DNA from: Sphingobacterium thalpophilum
GTDB lineage: Bacteria; Bacteroidota; Bacteroidia; Chitinophagales; Chitinophagaceae
Reading direction: 5' to 3'
NCBI GenBank assembly: GCA_943372285.1
Contig: CALRYA010000004.1
Span: 65,517-129,516 of the forward strand
DNA: 64,000 nucleotides
Shown: in pieces, positions 19,570 to 29,077 of the stretch
Position numbering within the stretch: the first letter of the stretch is position 1
Layout: every line of letters starts with the position of its first letter
The notes under the pieces: generated by a model
The model's input: the letters and a program-made list of their open reading frames with translations, nothing else
The model's database searches: none
What the model was told of the DNA's origin: nothing
Position numbers and translations under genes: made by a program

Positions 19570-21021
19570 ATGGGCTGTGGATCTTGTGGAACCGGAACTC
19601 CTAACGGTTGTAAAAGCAATGGAGGTTGTAGCACAGGTGGTTGCAACAGATTAAATGTACATGACTGGTTAATGAACTTGCCTTTTAGCGATCCTGAAAG
19701 CAATTGTAAAATTGTGGAAGTAAGTTTCAAACAAGGCAGTAGAAAAGAATTCTACCGTAATACTACATTGCATTATTTTGAAAAAGGTGATTATGTTACC
19801 CTCGAAGGGGTAAGTGGTTATGATGTGGGTGAAGTTAGTCTTACTGGAGAATTGGTTCGTATTCAAATGAAGAAAAAAGGGGTGGAAGAATTTAGCCCTG
19901 AGATCAAAAAGATTCTTCGCAGAAGCAATGACCGGGAAATTGAAAGTTTTCAGATAAGTAAGAGTCGCGAAAAAGAAATTCTTGCCCGCAGCCGTGCTAT
20001 TTCTCGTACGATGAATTTACAAATGAAATTGAGTGAGGTTGAAATTCAGGCGGATGGGAAAAAAGCCACTTTCTTTTATACAGCAGATGATCGTGTAGAT
20101 TTTAGAGAACTCATTAAAATATTTGCCACAGACTTTAAGTTTAAAGTTGAAATGAGGCAGATTGGTATACGCCAGGAAGCTGCTAAAGTGGGTGGTATAG
20201 GAAGTTGCGGTAGAGAACTTTGTTGTAGTACCTGGTTGAATGAATTTAAGAGTGTAAATACAACTGCGGCTCGTTATCAAAACTTATCGATCAATCAAAC
20301 CAAATTAAGTGGTCAATGTGGTCGCTTAAAATGTTGTTTGAATTATGAGCTGGATACTTATCTGGATGCATTGCAACAGTTTCCGGATTACGCCGATACA
20401 TTGGATACTGCAATGGGCACTGCACATTTAATTAAAAAAGATATTTTTAAAAACCTGATGTGGTATGTATTGCCGAATAACAATAAGCATTACCCATTGA
20501 CCATTCAGCGTGTAAAAGAAATTAAAAAGATCAATCAGCAAGGTCAGAAAGTAGACGAATTACAAGCTATAGAAATTGTCAATAGCAAACAGAAAGAAGC
20601 AGAACCAGCATTTGTGGAATTGGTTGGTCAAATCAGTTTACAATCATTAGAAAAAAATGATCGTAAAAGAAGAGATCAACAAAGAAATGAGCGAAGACCT
20701 GATAATCGCGGAGATAATAGACCCGGCGATTCTAGAGGACCTCAACAACAAGGACCTCGTGGGCCGCAACAAAACCGACCTCCACAAAATCAGCGTGGAC
20801 CTCAACAACAAGGACCTCGTGGGCCACAGCAAAACAGACCACCGCAAAATCCGCGTGGACCGCAGCAACAAGGACCTCCACAAAATCAGCGTGGACCTCA
20901 ACAACAAGGACCTCGTGGGCCACAACAAAACCGACCTCCACAAAATCCTCGCGGACCTGAACAGAACAGGCCACCAAGAGATTCCGCTGAAGGATCTCCA
21001 ACAGAACCAAAAAATGACTAA
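19570..21021 (+). CDS. PSP1-domain protein (RicT/YaaT homologue) with repetitive Q/P/R-rich C-terminal tail
   Basis: 483 aa. Cys/Gly-rich N-terminus (MGCGSCGTGTPNGCKSNGGCSTGGC) and a PSP1 core with a Cys cluster (GSCGRELCCSTWL...GQCGRLKCCLNYE). The last ~110 aa are low-complexity repeats. Confidence 0.8.
   Translation: MGCGSCGTGTPNGCKSNGGCSTGGCNRLNVHDWLMNLPFSDPESNCKIVEVSFKQGSRKEFYRNTTLHYFEKGDYVTLEGVSGYDVGEVSLTGELVRIQMKKKGVEEFSPEIKKILRRSNDREIESFQISKSREKEILARSRAISRTMNLQMKLSEVEIQADGKKATFFYTADDRVDFRELIKIFATDFKFKVEMRQIGIRQEAAKVGGIGSCGRELCCSTWLNEFKSVNTTAARYQNLSINQTKLSGQCGRLKCCLNYELDTYLDALQQFPDYADTLDTAMGTAHLIKKDIFKNLMWYVLPNNNKHYPLTIQRVKEIKKINQQGQKVDELQAIEIVNSKQKEAEPAFVELVGQISLQSLEKNDRKRRDQQRNERRPDNRGDNRPGDSRGPQQQGPRGPQQNRPPQNQRGPQQQGPRGPQQNRPPQNPRGPQQQGPPQNQRGPQQQGPRGPQQNRPPQNPRGPEQNRPPRDSAEGSPTEPKND
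20737..20979 (+). repeat. in-frame tandem repeat, 60-nt unit (GPQQQGPRGPQQNRPPQN[QP]R), about 4 copies
   Basis: Units lie at 20737-20796, 20797-20856, 20857-20892 (short, 36 nt), 20893-20952 and 20953-~20979 (partial). Read directly from the sequence. Confidence 0.95.
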
Positions 21022-21023
21022 CA

Positions 21024-21056
21024 TAAAAAAACGCCACATGATTTGTGGCGTTTTTA
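21024..21056. terminator. bidirectional terminator between convergent PSP1 and M3 peptidase genes
   Basis: An A-tract, the stem acgccac/gtggcgt with a 7-nt loop, and a T-tract (aaaaaaacgccacatgatttgtggcgttttta). Confidence 0.8.
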
Positions 21057-21073
21057 TTTTAATTCATTGAAAA

Positions 21074-22789
21074 TTATAATTGCTCCATTTCGGTTTTTAC
21101 AAAATCCATTAACTGTTTAATGTATGCAGGTGTAAGATCGAATGACAATCCAGCAGCAGCATATAATTCAGGCAAGGTTTTGGTTCCACCTAAACTCAAT
21201 GCATTCATATAATTCTGAAGGGCTTGTTCCGGATTTTTTTTGTACTGCATCCAAAGGCCAATAGCACCTAACTGGGCAATGCCGTATTCAATATAATAAA
21301 ATGGCACTTCGAATAAATGCAATTGACGTTGCCATCCTATTTCTCTGAATTGATCTAAACCTGTATAATCTATCGCTGATGTAGAAAATTCATTCAATAT
21401 ACTCATCCAAGATGTGGTGCGTTCTTCAATACTATGCTGTGGATGCTCATATATCCAATGCTGAAATTTATCGATGATGGCAATCCATGGAAAAATGGTA
21501 ATGGTTCTTTCTAATTGATGCAATTTGGCTCTTTTCAAATCTGCCTCATTGTTAAAAAATGCACCCCAATGGTTCATGCTAAATAATTCCATAGCCATAC
21601 TTGCCACTTCAGCAATCTCCATAGGATATTCCTTGAAAGCACTTAATGGTAAGGGATGCGCCAGAAAAGAATGCACTGCATGACCACCTTCGTGCACCAT
21701 CGTTGTAACATCACTCATTTGACCAGCAGCATTCATAAAAATAAATGGAGCACCGCTTTCAGCTAATGGACAATTGTATCCACCTGGTGCTTTTCCTTTT
21801 CTGCTTTCTAAATCAAAATGTTTTAGTTCGTTCATCTTACGTAAACAATCAGCAAAAAATGGATGCAGCTCTTCAAAACATTTTACTGATTTTTCATACA
21901 GATCCTTTCCATCAGTAAATGGCTTCAAAGGGGTTGTTCCTGCTGGCTCAGCTTCTGTGTCCCATGGTTTTAATATATCAAGACCAAGTTGTTGTTTTTT
22001 ATGTTGATAGATGTCATTTACCAATGGAATCACATGCAATTTCACTGCTTCATGAAATTGAAAACAATCTTCTTTTGTATAGTCAAATCTCCCCAGTTCT
22101 TTAAATTTATAATCGCGATAGTTCTCAAACCCTGTATTGACAGCTATTTGATGGCGTTTGCCAATTAAATTACTGTATAAATCGTGCATCGGAGTTGCAT
22201 CTTGCTTTCTGCGTTCTTGTATTTTGATATACACTTCTTTACGTAATTCGCGGTCCGAACTTTCTAAAAATTTTGCCGCTTGTTGCAAAGTATATTCTGT
22301 ACCATTTACGTCAACGGTCATTTTTCCTGCTATGGCACCATACTGCTGCTGCAACACACTTAGTTCTGCTTGAATAGGAATATTTTGTTCTCTAAATAAG
22401 TCGATGCTTTTTTGTACACTTCTCAAATAAGTATGATACAATGATTGATCCAACTCTTTTGTAAAAGAACAATTCACTAATTTTTTATTGAGTAAATCGG
22501 CATATGGTTGAAGCTTAGGCTGTATTTCCATACAGAAGTAAGTGAAGGCTTCTTCCAACTTTTTATCAGTGGTATCGCAAGTCATTTTAATTTGTCTCCA
22601 ACAGGCATCTTCACTTACCACTGCTTCTAACTCACTCATGTCTTTCAACCATTGTTCTAAATCGGACTTACTGTTTATTGACCGATCAACCAATAATAGG
22701 AAATAGGGCTCGAGGGCTTCCCAATTAGTAATTTCAAAATTTTGGGGTAAAAAAGCTCTTTTAATCTTCTCTATTGCTGCATTTGGCAT
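21074..22789 (-). CDS. pepF: M3-family oligoendopeptidase (PepF-like)
   Basis: 571 aa with the zinc motif HEGGHAVH. Length and overall pattern fit M3B oligoendopeptidase F. Confidence 0.8.
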   Translation of the reverse strand: MPNAAIEKIKRAFLPQNFEITNWEALEPYFLLLVDRSINSKSDLEQWLKDMSELEAVVSEDACWRQIKMTCDTTDKKLEEAFTYFCMEIQPKLQPYADLLNKKLVNCSFTKELDQSLYHTYLRSVQKSIDLFREQNIPIQAELSVLQQQYGAIAGKMTVDVNGTEYTLQQAAKFLESSDRELRKEVYIKIQERRKQDATPMHDLYSNLIGKRHQIAVNTGFENYRDYKFKELGRFDYTKEDCFQFHEAVKLHVIPLVNDIYQHKKQQLGLDILKPWDTEAEPAGTTPLKPFTDGKDLYEKSVKCFEELHPFFADCLRKMNELKHFDLESRKGKAPGGYNCPLAESGAPFIFMNAAGQMSDVTTMVHEGGHAVHSFLAHPLPLSAFKEYPMEIAEVASMAMELFSMNHWGAFFNNEADLKRAKLHQLERTITIFPWIAIIDKFQHWIYEHPQHSIEERTTSWMSILNEFSTSAIDYTGLDQFREIGWQRQLHLFEVPFYYIEYGIAQLGAIGLWMQYKKNPEQALQNYMNALSLGGTKTLPELYAAAGLSFDLTPAYIKQLMDFVKTEMEQL

Positions 22790-22818
22790 GATTCAGGGAA
22801 ATTTAGACCGCAAATTTA

Positions 22819-24708
22819 GTGCAAGAGCGCGTTAAGATGGATGAGGAATCTTATTTTTGCTGCCCCGTGGAAGATATCATACAATTATTACCTGATAATA
22901 TTGCCAACCAAATTGCCGCAGGTGAAGTAATTCAAAGACCTGGAAGTGCAGTGAAGGAATTATTGGAGAACGCAGTGGATGCTGGTGCTACCATTATTAA
23001 ATTGATCATCAACGATGCTGGTAAAGCATTGGTTCAAGTGATTGATAATGGAAAAGGAATGACGGTAGCAGATGCAAAGATGGCTTTTGAAAGACATGCT
23101 ACCAGTAAGATCAGAAATATCGATGATTTATTCAGCATCAAAACCATGGGATTTAGGGGAGAGGCTTTGGCTTCGATTGCTGCTGTTGCACAAGTAGAAC
23201 TCAAAACCAAAAGAGCCGAAGATGAGCTGGGCACTTTTATTGAAATAGAAAATAGTAAAATCATCAATCAATCTTCCTGTGCTGCTCCCAATGGAACGAG
23301 CATCAGCATGAAGAATCTGTTTTTTAATGTTCCGGCAAGAAGAAATTTTTTAAAAAGCAATGCCGCAGAAATGCGTCAGATTGTAGAAGAGTTTGTTAGA
23401 GTTGCCATAGCATTCCCCAATATTTTTTTCTCATTAACCAGCAATGGTCAGGAAGTTTTTCATTTAGAAGCGGGAAATAGCAAACAAAGAATTGTACAAA
23501 TTTTAGGCAATAGCTATAATGCTAAATTAGTAGCTGTTTCAGAAGATACCGACTACATGAATATTACTGGTTATATCGGCAAGCCCGAAACTGCTCGTAA
23601 GACGAGAGGTGACCAGTATTTTTTTGTAAACAATCGGTATATCAAAAGCGCTTATTTAAATCATGCTGTCAATGCAGCTTTTGAAGGAATTGTTCCGAAA
23701 GATAGTTTTCCAAGTTATGTATTGTACATCGATTTAGATCCTGCACAAATTGATATTAATGTGCACCCTACTAAACAGGAAATCAAATTTGAAGACGAGA
23801 AAATTATATATGCATTTGTACAAGCTGCCATTAAACATGCATTGGCTCAATTTAGCATTGCCCCTTCTTTGGATTTTTCTTTAAATGCAGATATACAAGG
23901 CTTGGATGCTGTAAGTAAACCATTTACCAACGATCAGCAAAATGCCGCTGTATCTTCTAACTTATACAAAACTTTTTCGCAAAAAAATCAGGCTCATTTC
24001 ATTGAACCGAATGAAAAAAGTGAGTTGAAACATTGGAAAGAATTTTTTACAAGTAATGCAGCTGGCTCAAAAATGTCTACTGTAAATGAATCATTATTTA
24101 CGCCCGCAGCTAAAATCATTTCCAATACGATTACATTAACAGATAAACCGCTGTTTCAATTACACCAAACATATATTGTTGTTACTATTCAAAATGGATT
24201 TTTATTGGTACATCAACAATTAGCACACGAACGCGTTTTATATGAAGGATATAGTGCTATGGCGCATAATCAGCAAACCATCACACAAAAAAGTTTGTTT
24301 CCCATAAGTCTGGAACTGGTGGGTGCCGATGCCGTTTTATTAACTGAGTTATTGCCCGAACTTCAAGCCATCGGCTATCAAATAGAACCTTTTGGTCAAA
24401 ATAGTTTTGTAATTCAGGGTACCCCAGCAGATGTAATTGCTGGTGACGAAAAACATGCGGTAGAAATGTTGATTGAACAATTCAAACATTTTAGCAGCGA
24501 AGTGAAGTTTAGCAAAAGAGAACAATTGATCCGTTGCATGGCAAAACAACAATCGATTAAATCTGGCAAAGCATTAGATCAAAAAGAAATGAGCCAGTTA
24601 ATCACTTCCTTATTTGCCTGTTCCAGTCCCAATCTTAGCCCTAACGGAAGCCCCACTTATTTAGAGTTTAAAGAAGATTACTTGGATAGAATGTTTGGTA
24701 AGTTATAA
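22819..24708 (+). CDS. mutL: DNA mismatch repair protein MutL
   Basis: 629-aa ORF with a GHKL ATPase N-terminus (IANQIAAGEVIQRPGSAVKELLENAVDAGA, GFRGEAL). The start is ambiguous: GTG 22819, ATG 22837 or GTG 22867 (xEDIIQLLPD...). Confidence 0.9.
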   Translation: MQERVKMDEESYFCCPVEDIIQLLPDNIANQIAAGEVIQRPGSAVKELLENAVDAGATIIKLIINDAGKALVQVIDNGKGMTVADAKMAFERHATSKIRNIDDLFSIKTMGFRGEALASIAAVAQVELKTKRAEDELGTFIEIENSKIINQSSCAAPNGTSISMKNLFFNVPARRNFLKSNAAEMRQIVEEFVRVAIAFPNIFFSLTSNGQEVFHLEAGNSKQRIVQILGNSYNAKLVAVSEDTDYMNITGYIGKPETARKTRGDQYFFVNNRYIKSAYLNHAVNAAFEGIVPKDSFPSYVLYIDLDPAQIDINVHPTKQEIKFEDEKIIYAFVQAAIKHALAQFSIAPSLDFSLNADIQGLDAVSKPFTNDQQNAAVSSNLYKTFSQKNQAHFIEPNEKSELKHWKEFFTSNAAGSKMSTVNESLFTPAAKIISNTITLTDKPLFQLHQTYIVVTIQNGFLLVHQQLAHERVLYEGYSAMAHNQQTITQKSLFPISLELVGADAVLLTELLPELQAIGYQIEPFGQNSFVIQGTPADVIAGDEKHAVEMLIEQFKHFSSEVKFSKREQLIRCMAKQQSIKSGKALDQKEMSQLITSLFACSSPNLSPNGSPTYLEFKEDYLDRMFGKL

Positions 24709-26046
24709 TTAATAATTGTCGATTATTCCAGTAATAAATTGCTCAATAGATTTACGGATGGTTCCTGCCGCTGTTTGATGTGCATTTACCAAAACAGAAA
24801 AAATAAGTGTTGTTCCTTTCTTTGTTGTGATATAGCCACTCAATGCAACATGATTACTTAATGTTCCAGTTTTAGCAAAAATCTTCCCTTCATAGCCCTT
24901 GTACAATCCAGCTAAAGTGCCTTCATTGGCCCCTGGTAAAATAGTATTAATACGATCCCATGAAAATGATTTTTTCATCTGAGTAAGTATCCAAACAAAA
25001 TCTTGAGGAGTCATTAAATTATACCGGCTCAATCCACTCCCATCCACCCATTTGGGTTTTTGAGGTAATCCTATAAAATCGGATTTTAATAAAGTGTCAA
25101 TGGTTTTATTGTCATCCATTAATCCAATTTTTTCATTGCCAACCATGAGCAATGTTTGCTCAGCAAAGAAATTATCACTTTCATGCATCATCAATTTGAG
25201 CATTGAATCGGTAGGTTGAGAATAGAATTTTTTCCAGACTGCTGTTTGATCGTTGATGGCACTGGCAAATTGCAAAACTCGATTAAGGGTATCTTCTAAT
25301 AAATTCAAAGAAACATCTTCGAATGACTTCTTTGTTGTAAAAGGAATTTGTGTAGCTGTAAATGTTCTGGTGCTTTTTACTATTTCAAAATGGTTATCAG
25401 ATTTATCTCTATCGATAGCAAACTTACCATCTGCCATGCTGGCAAAAATATTGACCGAATCTTTAAAAGCTTTAGGGACAATGTTTAATTGATTTCCTTT
25501 TTTAGAAAACCAAACTAAGTTACTATAGATAGGCATGGCCGATCTTTCAGGCATATAATTGGCGTCGTAATCATTCCAGGCCCAGCCATTTCCAAATGAG
25601 GCCGCATTCCATCTAGGAGTTACAAAAGTGATATTGGGCGCATTGGTTTGTAAAAAATTAAATACTTTTTCTTGCTTGAAATCGGGGTGCAAAAATGTTG
25701 GGTCTCCTGTAAAACGAACTGCCGTGTTTTCTGTGTTGGGCAAATATTCAAAAGCAACCAAACTATCTTTTAAATTTTTCAACGCCGCAAAACAAGTAAA
25801 TAATTTGGTATTACTGGCAGGCACAAAATACTTAGTGTCTTGATAACTAAATAGAAACTTATTTTCGGCAGGGTCGTAAATGCTAATTCCTACATGAGCA
25901 GGAGCAAAATCAGCTTTATCGAGTATAGCCGTTTTGGCTAAAGAAGCTATACTGGTAGGGCTTTCTACAATTGCTTTCTTTTGAACAGAACAAGCAGAAA
26001 AAATAAAGGCTGCGGTCAGCACAGCGAATGAAATTGGGTGCCTCAT
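24709..26046 (-). CDS. dacB: D-alanyl-D-alanine carboxypeptidase/endopeptidase (PBP4, peptidase S13)
   Basis: 445 aa. Signal or lipoprotein-like N-terminus (FSAC), then SxxK (SNTK), SxN (SDN) and KTG (KTGT) motifs in the correct order. Confidence 0.85.
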   Translation of the reverse strand: MRHPISFAVLTAAFIFSACSVQKKAIVESPTSIASLAKTAILDKADFAPAHVGISIYDPAENKFLFSYQDTKYFVPASNTKLFTCFAALKNLKDSLVAFEYLPNTENTAVRFTGDPTFLHPDFKQEKVFNFLQTNAPNITFVTPRWNAASFGNGWAWNDYDANYMPERSAMPIYSNLVWFSKKGNQLNIVPKAFKDSVNIFASMADGKFAIDRDKSDNHFEIVKSTRTFTATQIPFTTKKSFEDVSLNLLEDTLNRVLQFASAINDQTAVWKKFYSQPTDSMLKLMMHESDNFFAEQTLLMVGNEKIGLMDDNKTIDTLLKSDFIGLPQKPKWVDGSGLSRYNLMTPQDFVWILTQMKKSFSWDRINTILPGANEGTLAGLYKGYEGKIFAKTGTLSNHVALSGYITTKKGTTLIFSVLVNAHQTAAGTIRKSIEQFITGIIDNY

Positions 26047-26093
26047 AAATTACCATTATCAAACTGTAATTTACAATAATCAAGCATTAAATA

Positions 26094-27227
26094 TTAAATT
26101 CTTTCAGCAGCCCGCATCCAGCGTTCAGGAATATCATTGTTACAAGCTGTAACATAATCTCGATAACTACAGGCTACATATTTGCCATCGTGTAATTGCA
26201 TCCACCATCTTCCTGTTCTTTTGCTTTGTAAAAAAATCGTTTCTACTTCGGCAAAAGCCATTGTAAATTCATTGAATGCATTACGGTTTTCTAGTTCGGC
26301 TTCTTGCTTGCCTTTTTGAATACCATCTAATACATACCAAAGCATATGTGCCTGTTGTTTTGCAGTAAGTTGATGTAAATCTTGTTCTTCAATAAATCCA
26401 TACAACCCAATACTATTGCAGTTTTTACTCATACCTGCATATTGCATTAATGTACAAGCTTCTTCGCCATTAAAGCCATTGGGCGTAATATAATTTGCAG
26501 GGGCATGTGCATTTTGAATAGCAGCAATATCAAAACTGAATAATTCGCTATTTCTAATAGCAGGTTCCATTTCTTCAATCGCCTCTTTTACTTTCCCAAC
26601 TCTATAGCAATCAAACCCTAATTTATCAATGGTTTCGAGCATATGCGGATGCATGAAATAACTTTGAAATCCGATATGGGTATAATGCTTTAAATAATTA
26701 GGAATTCCAGTAAACAAATCAACCAAAAACTGGTCCGCAGGTTCAACACTCTCCATATCCAGATCGATCTTTGCATCTACTACAACAGCATCAATGATCT
26801 TTTCATTATTACCATAAGCCAGATATTGTGCGGTAGTCATATCATGCGACCCGCCTAAAATCAATACTTTTTTACCCATTTGAATGAGTTCGGCAACAAC
26901 CGTTTTAACAGCTGCGTAACTATCGGCAATAGTGGCACCAGTTTTAATATTACCCAAATCGGCAATAGTAACTTCTGTATGCCAATAAAATAAAGCATAA
27001 AATTGAGAACGGATGGCATTAGGGGCATTATTGGAAGTATACTGCATTCCCATTCCACGCATATCGACACAACCCACAATTACCAAATCTGCTGTTGAGA
27101 TATCAGGAAGTTCTTCTTCAAAAACCGATATATGTTTACCCAACTGAGTATCCTTAAATCCTTCATCATTAGATAACAATGCCATATTCACTGGCTCTAA
27201 GAAATCGAGTAAACTGTGTAAAGACAT
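26094..27227 (-). CDS. arginase/formimidoylglutamase-fold protein (metal-ligand motifs appear degenerate)
   Basis: 377 aa with an ureohydrolase-like layout (LILGGSHDMT, VVVDAKIDLD, FSFDIAAIQ) plus a C-terminal extension of about 70 aa. Confidence 0.55.
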   Translation of the reverse strand: MSLHSLLDFLEPVNMALLSNDEGFKDTQLGKHISVFEEELPDISTADLVIVGCVDMRGMGMQYTSNNAPNAIRSQFYALFYWHTEVTIADLGNIKTGATIADSYAAVKTVVAELIQMGKKVLILGGSHDMTTAQYLAYGNNEKIIDAVVVDAKIDLDMESVEPADQFLVDLFTGIPNYLKHYTHIGFQSYFMHPHMLETIDKLGFDCYRVGKVKEAIEEMEPAIRNSELFSFDIAAIQNAHAPANYITPNGFNGEEACTLMQYAGMSKNCNSIGLYGFIEEQDLHQLTAKQQAHMLWYVLDGIQKGKQEAELENRNAFNEFTMAFAEVETIFLQSKRTGRWWMQLHDGKYVACSYRDYVTACNNDIPERWMRAAERI

Positions 27228-27287
27228 AGGGCATTATTTGCCTTGAAATAACGCTTCTGAATTCATTTTATTGTACTAACAAACGAT

Positions 27288-27398
27288 AATGAAATGGTTG
27301 ACTAGATAAGCATGCCTTTAGACGAATGGCGAGCTTTGAATTTTCGTGAGAAAATTCAGCCATTCGGATGAGCAGGCGTTCTAGTCAACCATTTCATT
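27288..27398. repeat. 111-bp nested palindromic element (long imperfect hairpin)
   Basis: Perfect 18-bp outer arms aatgaaatggttgactag (27288-27305) and ctagtcaaccatttcatt (27381-27398). Inner 8-bp stem cgaatggc/gccattcg. Apical 8-bp stem gaattttc/gaaaattc with loop GTGA. Confidence 0.9.
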
Positions 27399-28101
27399 AT
27401 TCAGTGTATTTATAACCCATTCCTCTCACTGAATGAAAATAGCGGGGATTGCGGCTGTCTGACTCAAAATATTTTCTGAAACTCAAAATGAAATTATCAA
27501 TGGTTCTTGTTGTTGGATAAACATTATAACCCCAAACTACTTGCAAAATCTTTTCACGAGTTACTACTTCGTTTTTATTTTCTACCAATAATTTTAGCAA
27601 CATCGCTTCTTTTTTGCTTAGTCCAATGGTAGTTCCATTAAAATTGATCGCCTCTAGAGCTTTAAAGTCAATTTTATTGTCACCAAAATGATACACATCT
27701 CCAACAGATTCTTTGACCTGAATTTTTTTATTTTTGGTGATCAGCTTTGCTACTCTAAGTAATAATTCTTCTAAATTAAAAGGCTTTGTAAGATAATCAT
27801 CTGCTCCTTTTTTTAATCCCAAGATTCTATCCGAAGCCGAATTTTTTGCACTCAATATTAAAATGGGAACTTCATTATTATGTACTCTTACATTCTCTGT
27901 AATACTTATTCCATCTAGATCTGGGAGCATTATGTCCATAATAATTAAATCGAAATAGGCCGATTCTATTTTGCTCAAAGCTTCTGAACCATCAAATGCC
28001 GATGTAACTTCGTACCCTTCTAATTCCAAATTAAGTTTTAAGGCCTCATGCAAATTTTGCTCGTCTTCTACCAAGAGTATGTTGGGCTGATCATTGTTCA
28101 T
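27397..28101 (-). CDS. OmpR/PhoB-family response regulator
   Basis: Receiver domain (ILLVEDEQ...DLIIMDIMLPDLDG...KPF) plus a winged-helix trans_reg_C domain (TRTIDNFILSFRKYFE...VRGMGYKY). I prefer the start MNNDQPN at 28101, with 28110 as an alternative. The ORF-track start at 28161 lies inside the kinase gene. Confidence 0.88.
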   Translation of the reverse strand: MNNDQPNILLVEDEQNLHEALKLNLELEGYEVTSAFDGSEALSKIESAYFDLIIMDIMLPDLDGISITENVRVHNNEVPILILSAKNSASDRILGLKKGADDYLTKPFNLEELLLRVAKLITKNKKIQVKESVGDVYHFGDNKIDFKALEAINFNGTTIGLSKKEAMLLKLLVENKNEVVTREKILQVVWGYNVYPTTRTIDNFILSFRKYFESDSRNPRYFHSVRGMGYKYTE

Positions 28102-28102
28102 A

Positions 28103-29077
28103 TTAAGCATTAAATTGAACGTTAAAATTACTTCCTGTGGGATGATGATCTGTAACTGCAATTATTGCACCATGCGCTTCGCTTATTTTTTTACACAGAT
28201 ACAATCCTAAGCCTGTTCCCTGAGACCTTCTTGTATTTTCATCACCAATTCTATAAAACTTTATAAATACATTTTTCTTTTCCTCGTCTTTTATACCAAC
28301 ACCGGAGTCAATAATTTCTAATTTAATAGTCGTCATTTTTTTAGATAAAACCACTTGTATTGGTTTTTCTTTGGGGGAATATTTAATGGCGTTTTCTAAT
28401 AAATTATTAATGAGCATTTGTAATAAAAATGGGTCGCCTTGGAGGATCATTTCAGGCTGAATATTTTCTTCGAATTGTCTTAACGGAAATCGATTTTTAC
28501 ATTCATCCACACTTGTTTCCAATAAGTCAGTTAAATTAATGGTTTGTTTTGCTGCAGAGTAGTTTCCTCCATCAAATTGAGCGGCAAATAATATATTGTT
28601 GCATAAACTATTCAATCGATTGGCTTCCTGTAAAGTATTGGTGATTAATTTTTGTTGTTTGGCTTCATCCAATTTGTGTTTCTGTAATGTCTCTAGGTTT
28701 AACTGAGTTACGGCAATGGGTGTTTTTAGTTCATGGGTAATGGCCATCATGAAATTTTGTTGTTGAGCAGATAATTTCAGTTGACGTCGGGTTGCCCTAA
28801 AAACAAATATGGCCCCTATTAAAATCAATACTAAAAAAGTTAAGCCTTCCCCAATATATTGAGCAGTTTTTCTACTATTGGCATTTTGAATGACTGAATA
28901 CAGTTTGAAATAAGCGGGGTCATCTTTCTTTAATTCGCTCAGTTTGATTTGGGTTATTGTAGAATTCTGATTTTCGAGCGCAATAAACCACCAGGCCAAT
29001 GCTGCTATCATATAAAACAGCAGGAACCAATAAACAAAAGTTACAAAGACTAATTTTTGTTGCCGAGGCTTACTCAT
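28103..29077 (-). CDS. sensor histidine kinase (two TM helices, ~40-aa external loop, HisKA + HATPase_c)
   Basis: 324 aa with H-box ITHELKTPIA, N-box LLENAIKYSP, G1 DSGVGI and G2 GTGLGL. No HAMP or PAS domain is evident. Confidence 0.88.
   Translation of the reverse strand: MSKPRQQKLVFVTFVYWFLLFYMIAALAWWFIALENQNSTITQIKLSELKKDDPAYFKLYSVIQNANSRKTAQYIGEGLTFLVLILIGAIFVFRATRRQLKLSAQQQNFMMAITHELKTPIAVTQLNLETLQKHKLDEAKQQKLITNTLQEANRLNSLCNNILFAAQFDGGNYSAAKQTINLTDLLETSVDECKNRFPLRQFEENIQPEMILQGDPFLLQMLINNLLENAIKYSPKEKPIQVVLSKKMTTIKLEIIDSGVGIKDEEKKNVFIKFYRIGDENTRRSQGTGLGLYLCKKISEAHGAIIAVTDHHPTGSNFNVQFNA

Noticed and set aside
20737-20979. Regularly spaced 60-nt repeats as a possible CRISPR array
   Set aside because: The repeats are directly tandem with no spacers, in-frame within a coding sequence, and encode a conserved peptide unit.
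20647-21070. Three long extra ORFs (130, 137 and 101 aa) overlapping the 3' end of the PSP1 gene on both strands
   Set aside because: They lie entirely within the stop-free GC-rich tandem repeat, and their translations are just alternative-frame readings of the repeat. The PSP1 frame is continuous with a well-supported upstream domain.
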